Shown here piece after piece: positions 9,786 through 18,566 of a stretch of 64,000 bases of DNA. Positions within the stretch are counted from its first letter, which is position 1, and each line of letters opens with the position of its first letter. The translations under genes and the position numbers were made by a program. The notes beneath the pieces are model-generated. The model did not search any database, was not told the DNA's origin, and saw nothing but the letters and a program-made list of their open reading frames with translations. Source of the DNA: an uncultured Actinomycetota bacterium (lineage in GTDB: Bacteria > Actinomycetota > Actinomycetes > Mycobacteriales > Micromonosporaceae); the NCBI GenBank assembly GCA_963797605.1, contig CAWCPX010000009.1:867950-931949 (forward strand), given 5' to 3'.

Positions 9786-10024
9786 GGCTCCCCCTTTCGT
9801 GCCCGGTGGGTTCCGGGCTCATGCACGGTGACCGACGCGCCGGTCACACCGCAGGCGACGGCTGTGGCTCGGTGGCACCGCGATCGCCGTACGCCGATGA
9901 TGATTGTCCCGCGGTCAGCGGTTGGGCGATGTCCTCCAGCGATTGTCGTTCCGCCTTGACGCCGAAGAAGATCTCCACCAGACCACCGGCTCCGGCCCCG
10001 CGGGCCGATAAGGACGACAATCGC

Positions 10025-11944
10025 TCACTCGGCCAGCATCGCGCGAGCGGCCGCCTCGATGTGCGACGCGTCTATGCCCGCCGCGGCCAGCAACTCCGCC
10101 GGGGTGCCTGAGCCCGGCATCTCCCGGACGCTCAGATGGGCCAGCCGGAGCGACTGCTCGCCGCGCGCCAGCAACGCGTCGGCGACGGCGGAGCCGAGAC
10201 CGCCCTCGGGATGGTGGTCCTCGGCCACGATGAGACGGCCACCTGTGTCCGTCACCGCGGCGACCAGTGTGTCCGTGTCGATCGGCTTGACCGAGTACAG
10301 GTCGATGACCCGAGCCTGGATGTCGTCGGCCGCCAGTCGATCCGCCGCTTCAAGACAGGCATGCAGGGTCACACCCGCGCCGATGAGCGTGACGGCGTCC
10401 GATCCGCTCGATCGCACCACTTTGGAGCCGCCGATCGGAAACGTCTCACTGGCGCCGTACAGCACCGGATACGCTCCCCGCGTCGTACGCATGTAACTGA
10501 TGCCGGTCTGCTCGGCCATCGACGCGACCAGGGCGGCCGTGCTCGTGGCGTCGCTGGGGTAGAGCACCGTCGAACCCTGGACGGCTCGCATCATCGCGAG
10601 ATCCTCCAGCGCCATCTGCGACGGGCCGTCCGCGCCGATCTCGACACCGGCGTGCGAGCCGACGAGCCGGATGTTCGCCTGCGAGATCGCGGCCATCCGG
10701 ATGAAGTCGTACGCCCGGGTGAAGAACGCGGCGAAGGTCGAGGCGAACGGGGCGTAGTGCCGCACGCTCAGACCGACGGCGGACGCGATCAGTTGCTGCT
10801 CGGCGATGAACATCTCGAAGTAACGGCCGGGATAGGCCTTCGCGAACTCGTCCGCGTGCGTCGAGTTGCTGACCTCGCCATCCAGCGCGACGACTTTCGG
10901 ATCGGTGCCGCCGAGGGCCAGGAGCGCGTCGCCGTACGCCTTCCGGGTCGCGACCTTGTCACCGATCCCGTACGCCGGTGCCGCTCCGCCCGGGGTCACC
11001 GGGACGACAGCCGCGACCAGGCCCGGTTGCGGGACCGGGCCGCGGACCCGCAGGTGCCGTTGCCCTCCGAGTTCGGCGATCGCGCGCTCGGCCATGTCCT
11101 CGGGCAGTGGCTTGCCGTGCCAGCCCTCATGGTTCTCGACCTCAGAGAACCCGCGGCCTTTGAGGGTGCGGGCGAGGATCACCGTCGGCCGGTCACCACC
11201 GGCCTGGCCGGCGGTCGTCATCGCCGCGTCGATCTCCTCGACGTCGTGGCCGTCGACCTTGATCACGCGGGCTCCGAAGGCCTCGGCCCGCCGGGCGTAC
11301 GCGTCGAGGTCCCACTGCAGTTCGGTCGGTCCGCGCTGGCCGAGCCGGTTGACGTCGACCATGGCGATCAGGTTGGACAGCCGGTAGTAGGCGGCCTTGT
11401 CGAGCGCTTCCCAGATCGACCCCTCGGCCATCTCGCTGTCGCCGCACAGCACCCACACGCGATAGGGCAGCTCGTCGAGGTACCTTCCGGCGAGCGCGAC
11501 GCCGACGCCGTCCGGCAGCCCCTGGCCGAGTGAACCCGTGGCGACGTCGACCCATGGCAGCACCGGCGTCGGGTGGCCCTCCAACCGGCTGCCGAATCGG
11601 CGGTAGCCGGTCATGAGCTCGTCGTCGGAGACCACGCCGACGGCTTTGTAGACCGCGTAGAGCAGCGGCGACGCGTGGCCCTTGGAGAAGATCAGGTGAT
11701 CGTTGGCGGCGGCGGCCGGATCATCCCAGTCGTAGCGCAGGTGTCGCGAGACGAGCACCGCGAGCAGGTCCGCCGCCGACATGCTGGAGGTCGGGTGCCC
11801 GGAGCCGGCGCTGGTGCTCGACCGGATCGAATCGACGCGTAGTTGTGCGGCGAGATCGCGCGTGGTGGCCAGGTCGATCTCGGTGAGCGTTGCGTTGCTG
11901 GTCAAGGTCAACACCCTTCTCCAGGTACGTCTTATTCCGGCCAT
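10025..11944 (-). CDS. transketolase family protein
   Basis: Track ORF 10025..12196. Recognisable from GSGHPTSSMSAADLLAVL, GHASPLLYA, the ThDP motif GDSEMAEGSIWEA and the C-terminal Pyr/TK_C region. The start is uncertain (ATG 11944 chosen). Confidence 0.85.
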   Translation of the reverse strand: MAGIRRTWRRVLTLTSNATLTEIDLATTRDLAAQLRVDSIRSSTSAGSGHPTSSMSAADLLAVLVSRHLRYDWDDPAAAANDHLIFSKGHASPLLYAVYKAVGVVSDDELMTGYRRFGSRLEGHPTPVLPWVDVATGSLGQGLPDGVGVALAGRYLDELPYRVWVLCGDSEMAEGSIWEALDKAAYYRLSNLIAMVDVNRLGQRGPTELQWDLDAYARRAEAFGARVIKVDGHDVEEIDAAMTTAGQAGGDRPTVILARTLKGRGFSEVENHEGWHGKPLPEDMAERAIAELGGQRHLRVRGPVPQPGLVAAVVPVTPGGAAPAYGIGDKVATRKAYGDALLALGGTDPKVVALDGEVSNSTHADEFAKAYPGRYFEMFIAEQQLIASAVGLSVRHYAPFASTFAAFFTRAYDFIRMAAISQANIRLVGSHAGVEIGADGPSQMALEDLAMMRAVQGSTVLYPSDATSTAALVASMAEQTGISYMRTTRGAYPVLYGASETFPIGGSKVVRSSGSDAVTLIGAGVTLHACLEAADRLAADDIQARVIDLYSVKPIDTDTLVAAVTDTGGRLIVAEDHHPEGGLGSAVADALLARGEQSLRLAHLSVREMPGSGTPAELLAAAGIDASHIEAAARAMLAE

Positions 11945-12119
11945 ACCCCGGCTCTCACCCTTCCACGCCGAGGCCGACGGCGTCCGGGCTTTCGGTAGAG
12001 CTTCGAGGTGATCTACGACTGATAGGTGGTCGCTCACGTCGCCGCGGTCGTCACCGCGATGACCGGGCCGGCGTGGGTCGGTAGGGTGGCCCCGGTGGTT
12101 CGGGACGAAGGATGATGCG

Positions 12120-13349
12120 GTGCGGGTAGCGGTGGTCGGCGGCGGGATCAGCGGGATGTGTCTGGCGCAGGGATTGCGTCGCGACGGCATCGACACGATG
12201 GTCTACGAACGCGACCCGGCACTTCACACCCGGCACCAGGGCTACCGCATCCACCTCGACGGGCGGGCCGGGCGCGCTCTCCACGAGTGCCTGCCAGCGG
12301 ACCTGTACGAGTTGTTCCGGGCCACCCTCGGCGCGCCGGGCACCGCGATCAGCATCGTCGACCAGCGGCTCACGGTGCGCCACCGGATCTCCGGCACGCC
12401 GGGTGACGTCGCCGATCCGACGGCTCTCAGCGCACCGGCCAACCGCCAGACGCTGCGCGAGGTCCTGGTGACCGGGCTCGACGACGTGATCGCGTTCGGG
12501 CGCCACTGCACCGGCTACGAAGAGTTGCCCGACGGCGTGCGGCTGCGTTTCGCCGACGGGTCGACCGCCGACGGGGACGTGCTGGTCGCCGCCGACGGCA
12601 TCGGGTCTCTGGTGCGCCGCCAGTACCTGCCCGACGCACGCGTGGTCGACACCGGTGCCCGCTGCCTGTACGGCAAGACCCTGTTGACCCCGCGAACGCT
12701 CGCGCTGGTGCCGCCGACGCTGTTCGACGGGTTCACCGCGGTGATCGGCGGCGGGGTCGTCGGCCTGGCCAGCGCGCTGGTCCGCTTCCCCGAGCCGCCC
12801 GATCAGGCCGCCGCCCGCATCTGTCCGCGGGCCCGGATCTCCCCGGCCGCCGACTACCTCATGTGGGCCGTCACCGCGCCCGGCGAGCATTTCGGGCTGC
12901 GCGACGACCGCCTGATGGCCTCGGACAGCGCGACACTGCACCGCCTCGCCGAGTCCGCGATCGCGCGCTGGCACTCCGACCTGCGCGGACTGGTCGCGCA
13001 GGCGGAAACGGACGAGACCTTCGTGGTCCGCATCAGCACGTCGCAACCCGTCGGCGCGTGGCCGGCGAGCCGTATCACCGCGATCGGCGACGCCATCCAC
13101 GCGATGAGCCCGGCCGGTGGCTCCGGGGCCAACACCGCGCTCACCGACGCCGCCCTGCTGCGCCAGGAACTCTCGGCCGCCGCACGCGGCGAAAAGCCGC
13201 TGCTGTCCGCGATCGGGGCCTTCGAAGAACGCATGCGCGATTACGGGTACGCGGCGGTCGCCGCCGCCGATCGGAACATGACGAACATGTGGGCACGACG
13301 GCATCCGGTGCTGGCCCGTGTCGCCGGGTTCCTCAACCGAGGCCGTTGA
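12120..13349 (+). CDS. FAD-dependent monooxygenase
   Basis: GTG start. Dinucleotide fold VAVVGGGISGMCLA, then DVLVAADGIGSLVR and GDAIHAMSPAGGSGAN, as in flavoprotein aromatic hydroxylases. Confidence 0.85.
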   Translation: MRVAVVGGGISGMCLAQGLRRDGIDTMVYERDPALHTRHQGYRIHLDGRAGRALHECLPADLYELFRATLGAPGTAISIVDQRLTVRHRISGTPGDVADPTALSAPANRQTLREVLVTGLDDVIAFGRHCTGYEELPDGVRLRFADGSTADGDVLVAADGIGSLVRRQYLPDARVVDTGARCLYGKTLLTPRTLALVPPTLFDGFTAVIGGGVVGLASALVRFPEPPDQAAARICPRARISPAADYLMWAVTAPGEHFGLRDDRLMASDSATLHRLAESAIARWHSDLRGLVAQAETDETFVVRISTSQPVGAWPASRITAIGDAIHAMSPAGGSGANTALTDAALLRQELSAAARGEKPLLSAIGAFEERMRDYGYAAVAAADRNMTNMWARRHPVLARVAGFLNRGR

Positions 13350-13445
13350 TCAGGGTGCGCCGGGTTCGGTGAGCGCTGCCGCGAGGTCGCTGCGCCGGCG
13401 GATGCCCAGCTTGTCGTACACGTGACTGAGACGTCCGCGCACTCG
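13350..13445 (-). pseudogene. orphan C-terminal fragment of a LuxR-type HTH regulator
   Basis: Minus-strand reading ...VRGRLSHVYDKLGIRRRSDLAAALTEPGAP* ends at 13350, directly abutting the monooxygenase stop. No start codon or upstream domain is present, and the frame is lost upstream. Confidence 0.35.
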
Positions 13446-13571
13446 CGTGTGATGACCGCACCGCGCCGGCCCGGACGTGGGCCAGAGCCGCCTCGGCAGC
13501 GGCTTCGGCAGCGACCGGGCGCAGGCCGGTACGGTCCTCGGTCGCCTGTCCTGACCGGGGGCGCCCGGCGG

Positions 13572-14192
13572 TCAGTAGGCCATGACGGTTTTCAGATCGG
13601 TGATCACGGCCGTCAGCGCGCCGTCGATCTCCTGCAATCGCCGGGCGTCGTGCCTGTCCTTGCCGACCAGGCGACGGGTCTCCAATCGCAGCTCACGGTA
13701 GTCACGCGGGCGCAAGTGGGCGACCCGTTCCAACGGGATCGGCACGTACGCCTTGTCGACCCGGATCGACGCCACGTCTCCCCAGTGGACTCTCGGCACC
13801 GCCAGCCACGTCAGCAGCAGGTCCCGGGCGCGCAGGCATTTCTCCTCGAGTTTGATGTCGAGGTAGAGCATGCCCGGATTGTGGCTCCACGTCACCGAGG
13901 TGGAGTACTCCTGGGCCGCGTCGGTGGCGATGGTCAGCAGTTGGAACAGGAACGGATCCGATCGATCGTCGACCCGGCCGCTGATCGTCGCGTAGTTCCG
14001 CAACGAATCCTGTGCGGTACGCGCGTTGACGAACACCTTCTCGTATCGCCCGAGGTGCTTCTCGAACGCCCGGCGGAGGTGATCGTTGTGCACCGCGGTC
14101 CGGTGGCGGGTCCAGACGACGAGCCACGAACCCGCCGCGGTGATCAGGGCCCCGCCGAGAGCACCGATCGCGGCGACCAGAGCGTCGGACAT
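13572..14192 (-). CDS. hypothetical membrane-anchored protein
   Basis: 206-aa ORF with an N-terminal TM segment (LVAAIGALGGALITAAGSWLVVW) and no family I recognise. It starts 5 nt after the stop of the Lrp-domain gene. Confidence 0.6.
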   Translation of the reverse strand: MSDALVAAIGALGGALITAAGSWLVVWTRHRTAVHNDHLRRAFEKHLGRYEKVFVNARTAQDSLRNYATISGRVDDRSDPFLFQLLTIATDAAQEYSTSVTWSHNPGMLYLDIKLEEKCLRARDLLLTWLAVPRVHWGDVASIRVDKAYVPIPLERVAHLRPRDYRELRLETRRLVGKDRHDARRLQEIDGALTAVITDLKTVMAY

Positions 14193-14196
14193 CGGC

Positions 14197-14472
14197 TCAC
14201 GCGGCCCGGACGGCGTGCATGTTCGGGATGATGATGAAGGTACGCGTGACGGTGACGTTGTTGAGTTTCTGAATGTTGCCCATCACGAGTTTGTGCAACT
14301 CGTCGACGGAGGATGTCTCGACTCTCGCGATCACGTCAGCTTCGCCGTAGACGGCCTCGGCCTCCTTGACGAACTGCGGAAACTGGTCGAGAAGCGTGTT
14401 GACAAGGTCCCCGGAGCCCTTGGCCGGCACTGTGATGAGAACGTACGCGGAAACAACGGAACCACTGCTCAT
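14197..14472 (-). CDS. stand-alone Lrp/AsnC ligand-binding-domain protein
   Basis: ATG 14472 (MSSGSVVSAYVLITVPAKG...EAVYGEADVIARVE...VTVTRTFII). It has the alpha-beta sandwich pattern of the AsnC effector domain without an HTH. Confidence 0.7.
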   Translation of the reverse strand: MSSGSVVSAYVLITVPAKGSGDLVNTLLDQFPQFVKEAEAVYGEADVIARVETSSVDELHKLVMGNIQKLNNVTVTRTFIIIPNMHAVRAA

Positions 14473-14530
14473 GACGACCCCCCAGGGCGTGAACGACGGC
14501 ATGTTGCCGCCGCCCGTCTCTGACGGACCG

Positions 14531-15001
14531 TCAGGCGGCGGTCACCTTGGCCTTGCCCCGCCGCATCGGGACGCCCTGGGCCACCGCCGGGCCGTAGAAC
14601 GTGTCGTCGACGGGCTCGCGTTTGTCGGGGCCGACGACATCGGCCTCGATGTCGCCGACGAACCGCGCCAGATTGCGGCGGCTCTGCATCAACACGTCGA
14701 TACGCTCGTCCAACGCGGCCAGCTCACCGGCGAGCACCGCGGCCAGTTCGGCCCGCTCGTGGGGGTCGGCCGGCATCTCCGGCGCACCGTCGATGAGGTA
14801 GCGGATCGCCAGCCGCACGACGTGGGTCGGCAACGCGGACGCGAGCATGCACCGAATGTGACGCACCCGTTGAATGTCGTCTTCGTGGTAAACGCGATAG
14901 CCGACGGCGGTGCGATCGGGGCGGAGAAGATCCTGCTGCTCGTAGTAGCGGAGCATCCGTTCGGTGGCACCGGTACGCGCGCTGAGTTCACCGATCTGCA
15001 T
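14531..15001 (-). CDS. MerR family transcriptional regulator
   Basis: ATG 15001 (MQIGELSARTGATERMLRYYEQQDLLRPDRTAVGYRVY). Divergent from the MFS gene. Confidence 0.85.
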   Translation of the reverse strand: MQIGELSARTGATERMLRYYEQQDLLRPDRTAVGYRVYHEDDIQRVRHIRCMLASALPTHVVRLAIRYLIDGAPEMPADPHERAELAAVLAGELAALDERIDVLMQSRRNLARFVGDIEADVVGPDKREPVDDTFYGPAVAQGVPMRRGKAKVTAA

Positions 15002-15017
15002 ACACCGCACAACACGG

Positions 15018-15049
15018 TTGACTCTCACATCGATGTCAGGCCTTAGCGT
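15018..15049 (+). promoter_or_regulatory. candidate MerR-type promoter/operator for the MFS gene
   Basis: TTGACT (15018-15023), a 19-20 nt spacer containing the perfect palindrome ACATCGATGT (15027-15036), then TAGCGT (15044-15049). Confidence 0.4.
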
Positions 15050-15056
15050 CCATTTC

Positions 15057-16226
15057 ATGATCATTGTTGTCTTGATGGTGTGCGCCTTCGGCGTAGCCAC
15101 CACGGAATTCGTGCTCGTCGGCGTATTGGGGCAGGTCGCGGACGCGCTCGGGGTCTCGGTCGCGCAAGCCGGCCTGCTCGTGACGGCCTACATGCTCGTC
15201 GTGAGCATCGGCGGCCCGGCCGCGACCGTGCTGACCCGCAGGGTGCCGCGCCGGCCGCTACTCGTGGCCACGATGGCCATCGCCCTGCTCGCGGCGACCG
15301 GATCCGCGATGGCACCCGGTTACGGATGGCTGATGGTGGCACGCATGGCGTCCGCGCTGGCGCAGGCCCTTTTCATGGCGGTGGCGTCCCAGGTCGCCAT
15401 GGCCGCTGTGGCTCCCGAGCGCCGTACGGCCGCGGTGGCCAGCGTCTTCAACGGTTTCGCGGTCGCGACCGTGGCCGGTTTGCCGCTGGGCACCCTGATC
15501 GGCGAGGCGTTCGGGTGGCGGGCGACGTTCGTGGCGGTCGCCGTGCTGCTCGCGGTCGGACTCGCCGGCGTGGTCATCTTCGCCCCGGCGATCGACAATC
15601 CGGCACCGGGACGCCTCGCGGACAGCGTCACGCCGCTGCTCACCCGCCGAGTCGGTGCGCTGCTGCTGGTGACGCTTCTGTCGCTGACCGGTTTCGTGGC
15701 CGCGTTCACGTACGTCGAGCCGACGCTGCGTGAGGTCACGGGCCTGTCCCCGACGTGGGTGACCGTGGCACTCGTCGTCTACGGCGCCGGCACGATCGCC
15801 GGCACCGCGTTCGCCGGCCGGATCCCGCCGATCCGGATCGCCGTCGTGCTGCCGGGCGCGGTCGGGGCGCTCGCGGTCGCGCTGACGTTGCAGACATTCT
15901 CGGTACGCTCCCCCGTCGCAGCGGTCGCCGGGCTGCTCGTACTCGGAGCGACCGCGTTCGTCGTCGTCCCGCTCGGGCAGACGTGGCTGATGGGCGAGGT
16001 GGGCGAGGCCGCGGCCGGCGTCGCCGCGTCGGTCAACATTTCGGCGGCCGGGCTCGCCGGGGCGGCGGGAGCGGCGTTGGGCGCGGTCGTGATCGGTGGC
16101 CCGGGATTGGTCTGGATCGGCCCGATCGCCGCCGTGCCGGTCGCCGTCGGCGTCGTGGCGGCGTGGTCTTTGCGCGGGCGTGCGGTGGTCGGGCAGATCG
16201 GCCGGTCGGTGGCCAGCCGCCCGTGA
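15057..16226 (+). CDS. MFS transporter
   Basis: Track ORF 14964..16226 with about 12 hydrophobic segments. Start either ATG 15057 (7 nt after the -10-like box, possibly leaderless) or ATG 15033. Confidence 0.85.
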   Translation: MIIVVLMVCAFGVATTEFVLVGVLGQVADALGVSVAQAGLLVTAYMLVVSIGGPAATVLTRRVPRRPLLVATMAIALLAATGSAMAPGYGWLMVARMASALAQALFMAVASQVAMAAVAPERRTAAVASVFNGFAVATVAGLPLGTLIGEAFGWRATFVAVAVLLAVGLAGVVIFAPAIDNPAPGRLADSVTPLLTRRVGALLLVTLLSLTGFVAAFTYVEPTLREVTGLSPTWVTVALVVYGAGTIAGTAFAGRIPPIRIAVVLPGAVGALAVALTLQTFSVRSPVAAVAGLLVLGATAFVVVPLGQTWLMGEVGEAAAGVAASVNISAAGLAGAAGAALGAVVIGGPGLVWIGPIAAVPVAVGVVAAWSLRGRAVVGQIGRSVASRP

Positions 16227-16254
16227 TGGATCCCGTCGGGCCGCCACATCCCTG

Positions 16255-16390
16255 CCATGATCCGCGTGATCATGGGGTCCGCGCGGTCAACGGTCGGTTT
16301 CAGCGACACCCTGTCCATGATCACGCGGATCATGGACAGCCGGGGCCAGGTGCGATCATCGACGGTCGGGGCCGCGTGCGATCATCGCGT
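16255..16390. repeat. cluster of GATCAT-containing palindromes and direct repeats
   Basis: CCATGATCcgcgtGATCATGG (16255-16275) and its exact reverse complement CCATGATCacgcgGATCATGG (16315-16335, stem extendable to 10 bp) lie 60 bp apart. GTGCGATCATCG occurs twice (16350-16361, 16376-16387). Confidence 0.6.
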
Positions 16391-16409
16391 GTTCACCCGG
16401 TCTGTCTGC

Positions 16410-17195
16410 TCACGGTTGCTGGTAGTTCACGGCGTGGCCCTCCGCGACGGCGGTGGCCAGGTCACGGGACTTCTGTGGCTGATCGTCGTCTGTCCACGGG
16501 GGCGGCACGGGAGTCTCGTCGTGCCGCACCTCGGCTGGACCGACAGCCGCCGCCATGAGAGCGCTGTTGGGGATGTTGAGTGGTCCGTCGTCGGTCTGCA
16601 GCATCGTATAGAGCAGTCCGGCCGAGACGATCACGCCTTCGTGCGGACCGTTGATGGCGCCGGCCATGACGCGGATGCGCTGACCGGGCACGTACGGTCG
16701 CGCGAACAGCAGCACGATGCCGGCGAACAGGTTTCCCAGGATCGGCTGGGCGGCCAGGCCGACGACGATGCCCGTGATCGCGCCGCCGATCAGCAGATGA
16801 CCGAGGTCCACCGCGCAGAGATCGCAAACCGTGATCGCGGCGATCAGGTAGCCGACGAGCAGGACGATGATGCGCAGCGGAGTGGCGGCTGCGGCTCCCG
16901 CCCGAGCGGTGGTGAATCGGTCCACCTCCCGGGCGGCGGTCCGGCTGGCCGCGATTCCGAAGATCGCGGTCAGCAGGGCGCAGCCGTACGCGAACAGCCG
17001 TACGTGTGCTGAATGCGCGTGCACGCCGCCGATCTGGTGGCCGGTGATCAACGCGGCCAGGGCGATGGTGCCGAAGACGACCGTCCGCCGGAAGTCGGCT
17101 CGTACGTGTGCCTCGATGGCACGGACAGCGTCACGGGCGGCGCGGGCACGCGGGATGGAGCTGGCAAACGGGGAGTAATCGCGGTTCGTCACCAC
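16410..17195 (-). CDS. mechanosensitive ion channel (MscS) family protein
   Basis: Three TM segments, then the MscS beta-domain signature (LAAQPILGNLFAGIVLLFARPYVPGQRIRV...GVIVSAGLLYTML). Confidence 0.8.
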   Translation of the reverse strand: MVTNRDYSPFASSIPRARAARDAVRAIEAHVRADFRRTVVFGTIALAALITGHQIGGVHAHSAHVRLFAYGCALLTAIFGIAASRTAAREVDRFTTARAGAAAATPLRIIVLLVGYLIAAITVCDLCAVDLGHLLIGGAITGIVVGLAAQPILGNLFAGIVLLFARPYVPGQRIRVMAGAINGPHEGVIVSAGLLYTMLQTDDGPLNIPNSALMAAAVGPAEVRHDETPVPPPWTDDDQPQKSRDLATAVAEGHAVNYQQP

Positions 17196-17249
17196 ACCAA
17201 TCTGCCCTGGTATCGGGGAAAGTTCACCCTTCGGCCACCGAGGCGAACG

Positions 17250-17286
17250 CCACAGCCGGGACCCGCGAGGCGGATTCCGGCTGTGG
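17250..17286 (-). terminator. stem-loop downstream of the GlsB-like gene
   Basis: Perfect 10-bp arms CCACAGCCGG / CCGGCTGTGG with a 17-nt loop, 20 nt past the stop at 17307. No U-tract. Confidence 0.45.
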
Positions 17287-17306
17287 CATGTCCGTTGTCA
17301 GGCCGC

Positions 17307-17585
17307 TCACACGCGGCGGCGGCGGGTGCCCGTTCCGGCCACGAGCGCGACACCGATGGCGGCGAGGATCACCTGGATGATGTGCTCGATCCAGTTCACG
17401 CCGGAGGTGTGGGCGACGCCGAGGGCGGAGGCGATGAGGAAGCCGACGAACGAGGCGACGACACCGACCAGAAGCGTCATGCCGAGGCCCATGTTCTGCT
17501 TGCCGGGGACCACGAGGCGACCGAGGCCGCCGATGACGAGGCCGATGATGATCGTCCAGATGATGACAGCGACGGTGATATGCAC
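17307..17585 (-). CDS. GlsB/YeaQ/YmgE family stress-response membrane protein
   Basis: GTG 17585 behind GGAAAGG. 92 aa with three Gly-rich TM segments (IIGLVIGGLGRLVVPGKQNMG...). Confidence 0.8.
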   Translation of the reverse strand: MHITVAVIIWTIIIGLVIGGLGRLVVPGKQNMGLGMTLLVGVVASFVGFLIASALGVAHTSGVNWIEHIIQVILAAIGVALVAGTGTRRRRV

Positions 17586-17634
17586 GGGGGCGACCTTTCC
17601 CAGAAATGACGTTGAGGCGTTAACGCCCGGTATT

Positions 17635-17659
17635 TGCCCCGGAGTCACGGTGTCAAAAC
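17635..17659 (-). promoter_or_regulatory. candidate SigB/SigF-type stress promoter
   Basis: Minus strand GTTT-N15-GGGGCAAATA, 50 nt upstream of the GlsB-like start. Confidence 0.45.
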
Positions 17660-17801
17660 GTCGCGATCGTCGCTTGATCGTGACTGGCGCCACAGATCCG
17701 CGAGCGCGGATCGGTCGATCACGGCGAGCGGCGCCGCAGGATGCTCCGCGTGACGGTGAAACCCGATGGCGCGGACCTTCCGGCGTTGTTAGCTTCCGGC
17801 C

Positions 17802-18566
17802 ATGACCGACGCACCCGCACCCGCACTCGGAACCGGTTCCCGACTCATGTTCAACGGACCGCTCAGTGACGAACGTGCCAATCGATTCGCCGGCGAACTC
17901 GCCGCCCGAGCGCCAGCGACCGTTGTCGACTACGGCTGCGGCTGGGGTGAGCTGCTGCTACGTGTGATCGCCGCGGCGCCCGACGCCCGAGGCATCGGCG
18001 TGGACACCCACAAGACCGACATCGCCCGCGGCCGGATGGAGGCGGAGCGGCGAGGACTGGCCAACCGCGTCACCTTCCTTGAAGAGGCTGCCGCCACGCG
18101 AACGGGCGGCGCCGACGTTGCCATCAGCGTCGGTGCCTACCAGGCGTTCGGCTCCATCGGGGAGTCGCTTGCCGCGCTGCGGACGCGAGTGAATCCGGGC
18201 GGCCGGTTGTTGTTCGGCGCCGAATACTGGGAGCGTCCGCCGACCTCGGAACAACTCGGGAACATGTGGCCGGGCATCACCGCCGACGACTGCACAGACC
18301 TGGTGGGGATCGTCGACCAGGCCACGGCGGCCGGGTTCCGTCCGATACGCATCGAAACGGCGACCCGTGGGGAATGGGAGGAATTCGAGTCCGGGTTCGG
18401 TGCCGAGATCGAGGAATGGTTGCTGGACAATCCGGCGCACCCGGACGCGGAGGGCGTTCGCGCGAAAGTCGACACGAGCAGGTCGATTTGGCTGCGCGGC
18501 CACCGTGACGTGATGGGCTTCGCCTACCTGACCCTCGGCGTGCCGCGCTCCCTCGAGCGTGCCTAG
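17802..18566 (+). CDS. class I SAM-dependent methyltransferase
   Basis: Motif I VVDYGCGWGELLL and a typical Rossmann-fold MTase layout. Confidence 0.8.
   Translation: MTDAPAPALGTGSRLMFNGPLSDERANRFAGELAARAPATVVDYGCGWGELLLRVIAAAPDARGIGVDTHKTDIARGRMEAERRGLANRVTFLEEAAATRTGGADVAISVGAYQAFGSIGESLAALRTRVNPGGRLLFGAEYWERPPTSEQLGNMWPGITADDCTDLVGIVDQATAAGFRPIRIETATRGEWEEFESGFGAEIEEWLLDNPAHPDAEGVRAKVDTSRSIWLRGHRDVMGFAYLTLGVPRSLERA

Noticed and set aside
10136-11533. 465-aa ORF on the plus strand
   Set aside because: It is antisense to the transketolase gene, which carries clear ThDP motifs. Such shadow ORFs are a standard high-GC artefact.
12051-13304. 417-aa ORF on the minus strand
   Set aside because: It is antisense to the FAD monooxygenase, which has a dinucleotide-binding motif. 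The translation is low-complexity and Arg/Gly-rich.
16257-17012. 251-aa ORF on the plus strand starting in the GATCAT repeat region
   Set aside because: It begins inside the palindromes (MIRVIM / MITRIM are translations of the repeats) and then runs antisense to the MscS gene.
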